Assembly: GCA_947629525.1 (NCBI GenBank)
Contig: CANREB010000005.1
Span: forward strand, 13,738 to 77,737
Direction: 5' to 3'
Length of the DNA: 64,000 nt
Origin: an uncultured Lachnospiraceae bacterium
GTDB lineage: Bacteria; Bacillota; Clostridia; Lachnospirales; Lachnospiraceae
Both the position numbers and the translations under genes were made by a program. This document shows, piece by piece, positions 1 through 6,823 of this stretch (position 1 is the stretch's first letter; the number at the start of each line of letters is the position of its first letter). The notes under the pieces were generated by a model that ran no database searches, was not told where the DNA came from, and saw only the letters and a program-made list of their open reading frames with translations.

Positions 1-320
1 TCTGCTTTTTTCGCTTTGAGGGCGTGATGCTGCCTGCGCTTTTCCTTTTTGGCGCGCTGCTGCTCAAGCTTCTCGGTCTCGGCACGTTTGTTTTGCTCGT
101 ACAACTCGTATATGTTATCGTCAAAGCGTCTTCCGACTATGGATTCAAACTGGTATTTACCGGTTTGCAGTTCCTTATAGATGGCTTCAACGTCTTTGGG
201 GTCGTCAAGCTTGCGGTTACGGGTAATGGAATCGATAAGTGTCTTATCACGCATTGCCGCTTTGTACTCGTCCTCGTTCCTGAAGCGTCTGCCCTCGACA
301 GTCCATTGAAGTTCTGTCAT
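1..320 (-). CDS. hypothetical protein, N-terminal part only (ORF runs off the left edge)
   Basis: ATG at 318-320 (complement) preceded by GGAAAGGAAG. The frame is open to position 1 (MTELQWTVEGRRFRNEDEYKAAMRDK...). It is absent from the ORF track because there is no stop in the window. No family recognised. Confidence 0.45.
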   Translation of the reverse strand, partial: MTELQWTVEGRRFRNEDEYKAAMRDKTLIDSITRNRKLDDPKDVEAIYKELQTGKYQFESIVGRRFDDNIYELYEQNKRAETEKLEQQRAKKEKRRQHHALKAKKA

Positions 321-458
321 TGGGTGTCTTCCTTTCCGATTTTTGAAAAATTGACATAATTGTACAGTTTAATAAAAGTTTACATATACAACTCTATTGT
401 ACTATATTTTTTGATTATTTCAAGTGTTTTTTTTGGGGAATGTGGGGGGAATGTGGGG

Positions 459-636
459 GCGTGTGTGTGTAAAGCCCGTACAGTGTCATACACAGGGTTC
501 AGACTCGCTTGCGCTCCTGAAAAGCGTAGCGGACACTAAGCTCAGCGGCGCCTTGGGGCTTGCTTCGCTAAGTGCCGACGCTTTTCAAAGGTCTGAACTC
601 TGTGTATGACACTGTACGGGCTTTACACACACACGC
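459..636. repeat. long palindromic (hairpin) element, copy 1, inverted relative to copies 2 and 3; the palindrome is extended by GCGTGTGTGTGTAAAG / CTTTACACACACACGC
   Basis: The reverse complement aligns over about 148 nt with 1046-1193 and 2752-2899. The outer 30-bp arms pair 29/30. Confidence 0.85.
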
Positions 637-1045
637 TTTCTTTTGGGGGGGGGAATGCTGGTGGGGGGTGGGGGTGGGGATTTTTTCTTTTTTTGTTATG
701 AGTGAATATTTCTTAAATGTTTTTAGATGTGGTTTTTTCTTTATTGATGTTTACTTTATGCCTTTTCTGACTACTGGTGGAATATTGGCGGACTATATTA
801 CAGCAGTAAGATATTATGTGATTTTGGCAGGGGGGTTGTAATGCGCGCTTTTCTCCATCGTCTGCTTTAGGGGGTGGGGGCTTCCTTTTTGTGTATGTCT
901 GCCGTTTGGATAAGAAAACATTCTCTTATTTGTTTATTTCTTTGGGGGGATTTCTTTTTGCAAAGTGTCTGCGGCGTGGGGCTTGGATGGTTATTTTAGA
1001 CTTAGTGATTATATATTGTTTTCCCTATTGGTAATCAGACACCTA

Positions 1046-1193
1046 GCCCGTGCAGAGGCATACACAGCATTCAGACTTTTGAAAAGCGTCGGCACTTAGC
1101 GAAGCAAGCTGCAAGGCGCCGCTGAGCTTAGTGTCCGCTACGCTTTTCAGAAGCGCAAGCGTGTCTGAATGCTGTGTATGCCTCTGTGCGAGC
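1046..1193. repeat. long palindromic (hairpin) element, copy 2
   Basis: Nearly identical to 2752-2899, with a few substitutions mostly at the extreme ends and the apical loop. Lies just downstream of the rpn-like gene terminator. Confidence 0.85.
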
Positions 1194-1221
1194 GTCACTA
1201 TTGGATGCACCTTAATACGTA

Positions 1222-1269
1222 TAAAAAACAGCCTTACGCTATGTCTGTTAAGGCATGACGTGAGGCTGT
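1222..1269 (-). terminator. putative intrinsic terminator of the Rpn-like gene
   Basis: Stem CAGCCTTACG (1229-1238) / CGTGAGGCTG (1259-1268), followed on the minus strand by TTTTTTAT. Sits 10 nt after the stop at 1279. Confidence 0.5.
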
Positions 1270-1278
1270 TGCTTATTT

Positions 1279-2349
1279 TTATTTCCAGTATTTGTCCATA
1301 TAGTATTGAGCTTTTTGTTGGTCGAGGTCGAATTTCTCGGATATTTTTGAAAGAGTGTCGTCTTTTTTTATGTTAAATTCTTTGCAGGTCTCTATTATGG
1401 ATTTGATGCCTTGTTCTATTCCTTGCTTTATGCCTTGAAGTTTCCCCTGCTCTATTCCTTGTTTTATGCCTTGAAGTTTTCCCTGCTCTATTCCTTGTTT
1501 TATGCCTTGAAGTTTGCCTTCCTCTATTCCTTGCTTTATGCCTTGAAGTTTGCCTTCCTCTATTCCTTGCTTTATTCCCATCGTTACGAACGCATCTGCT
1601 ACTTCACACATTGCTGTTCCCTCCTTGCTTGTGTTGCCTATTTGTAAATACCTCTTGTCACCTGTTATTGATGCTAACGTGTATAGTGTGTCTTTGGTAT
1701 GGATCAATATCTGCTTGTCTTCCCGAAGCATTTTTATCTGTTCTTCTTTATTATATGACTTCTGAAGGAATTTTGCAATACACGCAAAATCTGAACGGAA
1801 GCGTTCTGCTTCTTCATCTGTAAACTCTCGCAGCTTTATCAGATTTAAGCTGTAATTCTGTATATATTTCCTTACGGCGTCATCTTTTGGTATGTCAAGC
1901 ATGTCATGTATACTTTTGGGTATGTTTTCTGTTCCGTAATAAAGCATAAGCGTAATCACGGGTTTGAGTTTCTGTTCGGGATGAAGTACTTTCACGTATG
2001 CTTCGTTTTTATCCTTTTTATTTTTGGTTGTGTACTCCTCTATCTGCCTGTCATATGCGGCGTAGTCGTATCCCATTACTTTAAATGGTGCTGTGTAATC
2101 GGGTACGTATTGGTTTTCCACGCCCCATATCACATACCTGACTCCGTTCCGCACGTCTTCCATGCAGCTGTCGCGGTAGAGTCCCTTTAACCTGCTGTCG
2201 CCTTTTGCCGTACTGCTGTTATTGTAATACGGCTTCAGGCTTTTTTCGTCCAAGACCTGTCTTCCTTCATATATTATCGCATTTATTATGTCTGCAAATA
2301 CATCAGGATGCGATATAAGACTGTTGGACGATAAATCTGTCTGTCCCAT
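1279..2349 (-). CDS. Rpn-family recombination-promoting nuclease / putative transposase (YhgA-like, PD-(D/E)XK), 356 aa
   Basis: Start chosen at ATG 2347-2349 (MGQTDL...), 7 nt after GGGGAGGAA. Family-typical motifs: HPDVFADIINAI, YRD, WGVENQ, KPVITLMLYYG, NLIKLREF. The C-terminus is a G-x-x-x repeat array (GIKQGIEEGKLQ). Confidence 0.8.
   Translation of the reverse strand: MGQTDLSSNSLISHPDVFADIINAIIYEGRQVLDEKSLKPYYNNSSTAKGDSRLKGLYRDSCMEDVRNGVRYVIWGVENQYVPDYTAPFKVMGYDYAAYDRQIEEYTTKNKKDKNEAYVKVLHPEQKLKPVITLMLYYGTENIPKSIHDMLDIPKDDAVRKYIQNYSLNLIKLREFTDEEAERFRSDFACIAKFLQKSYNKEEQIKMLREDKQILIHTKDTLYTLASITGDKRYLQIGNTSKEGTAMCEVADAFVTMGIKQGIEEGKLQGIKQGIEEGKLQGIKQGIEQGKLQGIKQGIEQGKLQGIKQGIEQGIKSIIETCKEFNIKKDDTLSKISEKFDLDQQKAQYYMDKYWK
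1405..1580. repeat. tandem 36-bp coding repeat, about 4.8 copies, inside the Rpn-like gene
   Basis: Unit TATTCCTTGYTTTATGCCTTGAAGTTTNCCYTSCTC repeated head to tail. It encodes (GIKQGIE[EQ]GKLQ)n on the minus strand. Confidence 0.85.
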
Positions 2350-2380
2350 AATTTTCCTCCCCATTATTGTAAAATTTCGA

Positions 2381-2561
2381 GCGATTGCAAAGCATGTTCT
2401 AAGACGTCCGAATTTAGTCAAAATATACAAAAACGCGGTGCTGCTATCGCAATGCACTTCTTAATGTATAGTATTCAGGCGATTACACAACATGTTCTAA
2501 GACGCCCGAATTTAGTCAAAATATACAAAAACGCGGTGCTGCTGTCGCAATGCACCTCTTA
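2381..2561. repeat. two 83-nt direct repeats (2381-2463 and 2479-2561, period 98 nt) in the leader of the Rpn-like gene
   Basis: Direct alignment gives about 76/83 identical. Each copy carries a small GGTGC...GCACC hairpin and the 23-nt segment GAATTTAGTCAAAATATACAAAA. Confidence 0.85.
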
Positions 2562-2584
2562 TTTTGTATATTTTGCCTAAATTC
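2562..2584. repeat. inverted copy of the 23-nt segment found in both 83-nt repeats
   Basis: TTTTGTATATTTTGCCTAAATTC is the reverse complement (22/23) of 2508-2530 and 2410-2432. Confidence 0.8.
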
Positions 2585-2644
2585 TACGTTTTCGAATACA
2601 TCTCGCAATCCCCTTTCCCTGTCAAAATATTTTCTGATATTATA

Positions 2645-2673
2645 ATTATACCATACCGAACATTCATTTGCAA
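2645..2673 (-). promoter_or_regulatory. sigma-A-type promoter reading toward the Rpn-like gene
   Basis: Minus strand TTGCAA-17 nt-TATAAT with TGn extended -10. Predicts a roughly 290-nt leader. Confidence 0.5.
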
Positions 2674-2751
2674 ACATTTGTTCTATTTTTTATAATTATT
2701 TAATACACTTGCGCACACACATATAACGGCAACTACTTAGCAACCACCCAA

Positions 2752-2899
2752 GCCCGCACAGAGGCATACACAGCATTCAGACTTTTGAAAAGCGTCGGCA
2801 CTTAGCGAAGCAAGCCTCAAGGCGCCGCTGAGCTTAGTGTCCGCTACGCTTTTCAGAAGCGCAAGCGTGTCTGAATGCTGTGTATGCCTCTGTGCGGGC
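2752..2899. repeat. long palindromic (hairpin) element, copy 3
   Basis: Perfect 30-bp outer stem CCCGCACAGAGGCATACACAGCATTCAGAC / GTCTGAATGCTGTGTATGCCTCTGTGCGGG, with inner 10-bp stem TGAAAAGCGT / ACGCTTTTCA. Followed by a C-run tail. Confidence 0.85.
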
Positions 2900-2922
2900 G
2901 CCCCTCTCCCCTAAAAACCCCC

Positions 2923-2951
2923 TTGCTTTTCCCCCAAAAAAGTGCCATAAT
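2923..2951 (+). promoter_or_regulatory. candidate sigma-A promoter of asnA
   Basis: TTGCTT-17 nt-CATAAT with upstream TGn, 42 nt before the ATG. Confidence 0.35.
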
Positions 2952-2992
2952 CAAATTAATATAAAATAATCAACCAAAACAGGAGAACAGCC

Positions 2993-4003
2993 ATGAAAAA
3001 ATTAATCATTCCGGACGGTTACAGTTCCGCGTTAAATCTTCATGATACGCAGATAGCGATCAAGACCGTCAAGGACTTTTTTCAAAATCAGCTTGCACAG
3101 CACCTTCATCTTGAGCGCGTCTCCGCACCGCTCTTTGTAGACCCGCTTTCAGGTCTGAACGACAATCTTAACGGCGTGGAACGTCCCGTCGCTTTTGACA
3201 TAAAAGAGCAGGGCGGCAGGCAGGCAGAAGTCGTGCAGTCGCTTGCCAAGTGGAAACGTTACGCGCTTCAAAAATACGGATTTACTGTCGGCGAGGGCAT
3301 TTACACTGATATGAATGCCATAAGGCGGGATGAAGAGACTGACAATATCCACTCAATATTTGTAGATCAGTGGGATTGGGAAAAGATAATTGATAAGGAA
3401 GCGCGCAACATCGGCACTCTCAAATCCACAGTACGCGATGTATACAGATGCCTTAAAAACACGGAAAAATTTATGGCTATCCAGTACGATTACATAGAAG
3501 AGATGCTTCCTGATGATATATTCTTTGTGACCACCGCTGAGCTGGAAGATATTTTCCCCGACTATACGCCGAAAGAACGCGAATACTATATCGCCAAGGC
3601 AAAGGGCGCGGCATGTATAATGCAGATAGGCGGTGAGCTTTCAAACGGCAAGCCGCACGACGGGCGCGCACCCGACTATGACGACTGGGCGCTCAACTGT
3701 GACATAGTAGTATATTATCCGGTACTTGATATAGCTCTTGAGCTGTCATCTATGGGAATACGTGTTGACCGCGACTCTCTCCTGTCACAGCTTGACAAAG
3801 CAGGATGCCCTGAGCGTGCCAAACTTCCCTACCAGAAATCCATAATAGACGAACAGCTTCCCTACACAATAGGCGGCGGCATAGGACAGTCGCGCATATG
3901 TATGTTTTTCCTCAGGAAAGCGCATATCGGGGAAGTCCAGTCGTCAATATGGACTGATGAAGCCGTAAAAGAATGCGAGAAGCAGGGAATACAGCTTCTA
4001 TAG
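2993..4003 (+). CDS. asnA: aspartate--ammonia ligase (asparagine synthetase A)
   Basis: 336 aa. N-terminus MKKLIIPDGYSSALNLHDTQIAIKTVKDFF and overall length are typical of AsnA. SD AGGAGAA upstream. Confidence 0.9.
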   Translation: MKKLIIPDGYSSALNLHDTQIAIKTVKDFFQNQLAQHLHLERVSAPLFVDPLSGLNDNLNGVERPVAFDIKEQGGRQAEVVQSLAKWKRYALQKYGFTVGEGIYTDMNAIRRDEETDNIHSIFVDQWDWEKIIDKEARNIGTLKSTVRDVYRCLKNTEKFMAIQYDYIEEMLPDDIFFVTTAELEDIFPDYTPKEREYYIAKAKGAACIMQIGGELSNGKPHDGRAPDYDDWALNCDIVVYYPVLDIALELSSMGIRVDRDSLLSQLDKAGCPERAKLPYQKSIIDEQLPYTIGGGIGQSRICMFFLRKAHIGEVQSSIWTDEAVKECEKQGIQLL

Positions 4004-4127
4004 AATAAATGTACAGTGGTACACGATAGTTCAATCAACTTAACAAGTGACGCACCTTTCAGGGTAATAAGTGCAGTTGTTAGAGCGTATCAATTGAGTG
4101 TAAACAAAATAAGGCTGCCGCAATAAA

Positions 4128-4173
4128 GAGCATATCAGGATCAAGTATTCCCATTCCTGATATGCTCCTTTTG
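4128..4173. terminator. bidirectional intrinsic terminator between convergent asnA and tsf
   Basis: 13-bp stem GAGCATATCAGGA / TCCTGATATGCTC with a 14-nt loop. T-rich tracts follow on both strands. Confidence 0.6.
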
Positions 4174-4212
4174 TGCAACAGCCTTTTTTATTATTTATTT
4201 TCCGATAAAAGA

Positions 4213-5142
4213 TTAACCAAGCTGTGCCGCAACTTCCGCCGCGAAATCTTCCTGCTTCTTCTCGATGCCTTCGCCTGTCTCGAAACGTACAAATCTCTTG
4301 ACGGAAAGCTTCGCGGAATTAGCCTTTGCTACACTGTCGATATACTGCTTAACAGTCTGCTTGCCGTCCTCAGCCTTGACATATATCTGCTCAACAAGGC
4401 AGATTTCTTTTAATTCCTTGTTAAGACGACCGTTTACAGCGCCGTCTATAACTTTATCGGGCTTACCTGCCATCTTAGGATCGTTCTTGATCTGCTCTGC
4501 GATTATCTCTCTCTCATGAGCCTTGTATTCTTCGGAAATCTCATCGGGGCTGACATACTTGGGGCTGAGCGCTGCAACCTGCATAGCAAGATTTACAAGA
4601 GCCTCCTTAATGTCATCATTTACTACATCCGTATCAGCCTCTACGATAACGCCGATCCTGCCGCCGCCATGTGTATAGGAAACTACACAGCCGTTAGATG
4701 CCGTAACCTTTTCAAATCTTCTGATAGTAAGATTTTCGCCGATAACAGCGATCTTATCAACTAAGGCATCCTTAACTGTCTTGGATGCGTCCTCATTCCA
4801 CTTCTCAGCAAGGAATGTATCTATATCCGTTGAAGATGTGTTAAGAGCCTGCTTAGCCACAGAAGCAACAAACTTCTGGAACTCTTCGTTCTTTGCGACA
4901 AAGTCTGTCTCTGAATTAACTTCTACAACTGCCGCTGTATTGCCCTCAACAAGCACTTTGCAAAGACCTTCTGCCGCGATCCTGCCTGCCTTCTTCTCTG
5001 CTTTAGCCTGTCCGTTCTTTCTCAAAAACTCTACAGCTTCATCCATATTTCCGTTAGTCTCATTCAGCGCTTTCTTACAGTCCATCATACCTGCGCCGGT
5101 CATTTCCCTTAACTCTTTTACCATTGCTGCTGTAATAGCCAT
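4213..5142 (-). CDS. tsf: translation elongation factor Ts
   Basis: MAITAAMVKELREMTGAGMMDCKKAL... is the canonical EF-Ts N-terminus. AGGAGG SD. Confidence 0.95.
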   Translation of the reverse strand: MAITAAMVKELREMTGAGMMDCKKALNETNGNMDEAVEFLRKNGQAKAEKKAGRIAAEGLCKVLVEGNTAAVVEVNSETDFVAKNEEFQKFVASVAKQALNTSSTDIDTFLAEKWNEDASKTVKDALVDKIAVIGENLTIRRFEKVTASNGCVVSYTHGGGRIGVIVEADTDVVNDDIKEALVNLAMQVAALSPKYVSPDEISEEYKAHEREIIAEQIKNDPKMAGKPDKVIDGAVNGRLNKELKEICLVEQIYVKAEDGKQTVKQYIDSVAKANSAKLSVKRFVRFETGEGIEKKQEDFAAEVAAQLG

Positions 5143-5176
5143 TATATTAAACCTCCTAAAAACTCATATTATAAAA

Positions 5177-5923
5177 TTATTCTGCTGCTTCCTCTTCCTG
5201 CACGTCGTCAGAAGCCTCTCCTGCTTCTTCGGCAAGTATCTCGCCCTGATTAGCCTCAATGACAGCGTCAGCCATAGCGGATACGATCAGTTTGACTGCT
5301 CTGATAGCATCGTCATTGCCCGGAATAACATAATCAAGTTCCTCGGGATCGCAGTTTGTATCAGCAATACCTATAAGGGGAATACCCAGTGTATGAGCCT
5401 CCTGAATGCAGATTCTCTCCTTTTTAGGGTCAACTACAAAGATAGCGTCGGGAAGTTTTGTCATATTCTTGATACCGCCAAGGTTTTTCTCAAGCTTCTC
5501 CCACTCTTTTTTGAGCTGGATGACTTCTTTCTTGGGAAGTACATCAAATGTACCGTCCTCTGACATTGTCTCGATAGCCTTAAGCCTTGCTATCCTGCTT
5601 CTTATCGTCTTAAAGTTTGTGAGCATACCGCCAAGCCATCTCTCGTTGACATAGAACATGCCGCAGCGCTCTGCCTCTGTACGTACGGCATCCTGAGCCT
5701 GCTTCTTTGTTCCTACAAAGAGGATAGTGCCGCCCTGTGCCGCAATATCGGCAACAGCCCTGTATGCCTCGTCAACCTTGACAACGGATTTCTGTAAGTC
5801 GATGATGTAAATACCGTTTCTCTCCGTGAAGATGTAGGGTGCCATCTTAGGATTCCATCTTCTTGTCTGGTGTCCGAAATGAACACCTGCCTCCAATAAC
5901 TGTTTCATTGAAATAACGCTCAT
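5177..5923 (-). CDS. rpsB: 30S ribosomal protein S2
   Basis: [27 protein letters not shown]... is canonical S2. GGAGG SD. Confidence 0.95.
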   Translation of the reverse strand: MSVISMKQLLEAGVHFGHQTRRWNPKMAPYIFTERNGIYIIDLQKSVVKVDEAYRAVADIAAQGGTILFVGTKKQAQDAVRTEAERCGMFYVNERWLGGMLTNFKTIRSRIARLKAIETMSEDGTFDVLPKKEVIQLKKEWEKLEKNLGGIKNMTKLPDAIFVVDPKKERICIQEAHTLGIPLIGIADTNCDPEELDYVIPGNDDAIRAVKLIVSAMADAVIEANQGEILAEEAGEASDDVQEEEAAE

Positions 5924-6073
5924 ATCTTACCTCCATTTTCTGCGGTATTACCGCGCTTCCGCCTGCTTCGTCCCTGCGGGCTACCCGAGCGTAAAATGGG
6001 CATGGACCGCAAATCGGCAGACGTGAATTTTTTGTTACCGCCGCTAAGTGCCAAAAAGCACCGCAACATTGAT

Positions 6074-6102
6074 ATCTTAACACAAAAAAACCTATTTTTC
6101 AA
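6074..6102 (-). promoter_or_regulatory. candidate sigma-A promoter of rpsB-tsf
   Basis: Minus strand TTGAAA-17 nt-TAAGAT with TGn extended -10. Overlaps the upstream terminator hairpin. Confidence 0.4.
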
Positions 6103-6114
6103 TAGGTTTTTTAT
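6083..6114 (-). terminator. weak AT-rich hairpin plus T-run after the last fla/che-tail gene
   Basis: AACCTATT / AATAGGTT stem with a 4-nt loop, followed by a T7 run on the minus strand. Confidence 0.4.
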
Positions 6115-6127
6115 GTATTCGTCCGAT

Positions 6128-6817
6128 TTATTGATCCGAACTTTGGGTAAGCTTTTCGGCTATTGTCTGCCAACTGTCCCCTTCATATATTATTTTTGTA
6201 CCTGTATTTATCTTTTTGTCATATCCGTGCTGCATAAGATACGCGTCATACTCCAATGCGCTGTCTATAATACCCGCATTGTACAGTTTCCTTGAAACAG
6301 TACCCGAGTCGTCTCCCTTTGAAACGACTATCGTGATACTTTCCTGTTCCTGCGCCATATCGTCATTTCCGTTTTCTTCGCTGTCTGCGTTATCCGCATT
6401 ATCTTCGTCGCCGCCTACGATAATAACATTACCGCCCTGACCGTCAGCCTCATTAGCACTATCGGCATTTTCAGCACTATCAGCATTTTCTCCGTTAGGT
6501 ACAGTCTCGGTCTCTGACGTGGCTTCCGTCGCGGCTTCCGCCACTGTTTCCGTCATATCCGCGGGCGGCTGTGTCTGCTCTTCATCACGTATTATTACAG
6601 CTTCGCTTGAGGTCTGTTCCTCAACGCCGCTTTGCTCCTCGCCTGAAGAGTTATCGCCGAAAAGACCGTCAGCCGATTCCTGCTCGTAAAGCGCCCGCAC
6701 TTCCGCTCTTGTCTCGGCTTTTGCCGCCTCCACGTCCTTGTGGTTGGAAACGCCCATGACAAGCCATGTGACAAGGATGCCTATACCCAGTCCGCGCAAA
6801 TAAAATTTAAGCTTCAT
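6128..6817 (-). CDS. membrane-anchored protein with an acidic low-complexity linker and a C-terminal MltG/YceG-N-terminal-like (LysM-like) domain
   Basis: N-terminal TM segment (GLGIGILVTWLVMGV). Asp/Glu/Asn-rich repeats (NADSAENADSANEAD). The C-terminus ITIVVSKGDDSGTVSRKLYNAGIIDSALEYDAYL resembles the MltG N-domain pattern. Confidence 0.5.
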   Translation of the reverse strand: MKLKFYLRGLGIGILVTWLVMGVSNHKDVEAAKAETRAEVRALYEQESADGLFGDNSSGEEQSGVEEQTSSEAVIIRDEEQTQPPADMTETVAEAATEATSETETVPNGENADSAENADSANEADGQGGNVIIVGGDEDNADNADSEENGNDDMAQEQESITIVVSKGDDSGTVSRKLYNAGIIDSALEYDAYLMQHGYDKKINTGTKIIYEGDSWQTIAEKLTQSSDQ

Positions 6818-6823
6818 AATAAA

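Noticed and set aside
424-841. Plus-strand ORFs 424-609 and 572-841 in the gene-free region.
   Set aside because: They are made of the palindromic element and G-run translations (poly-Gly/Trp/Val). They have no SD and no codon-usage resemblance to real genes.
2350-2457. The upstream extension of the Rpn ORF to 392 aa.
   Set aside because: The extension overlaps the non-coding 83-nt direct repeat and lacks an SD. The ATG at 2349 has GGGGAGGAA 7 nt upstream, and the protein then starts where family members do.
459-2899. Whether the repeated 148-nt elements could be a CRISPR array.
   Set aside because: There are only three copies, irregular spacing (about 410 and 1560 bp), one copy inverted, units far longer than CRISPR repeats, and no cas genes.
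2585-2992. A possible T-box or other riboswitch upstream of asnA.
   Set aside because: I looked for a specifier-loop/AGAGA/T-box core (GGTGGNACC-like) and for an antiterminator-terminator pair and found none. The region is instead occupied by hairpin copy 3 and a short promoter-proximal leader.
4781-5563. A 260-aa plus-strand ORF, and similar ones at 13776-14612, 34159-34821, 19911-20411 and 62503-62946.
   Set aside because: All lie antisense within well-supported minus-strand genes (tsf/rpsB, cheA, fliK, flhA, recN/argR). They have low-complexity translations and no independent signals.
6036-6050. An 11-nt identity (CGCTAAGTGCC) between the rpsB leader and the core of the palindromic element.
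   Set aside because: The similarity does not extend beyond 11 nt on either side. It is compatible with chance in a 64-kb window once many k-mers are compared.
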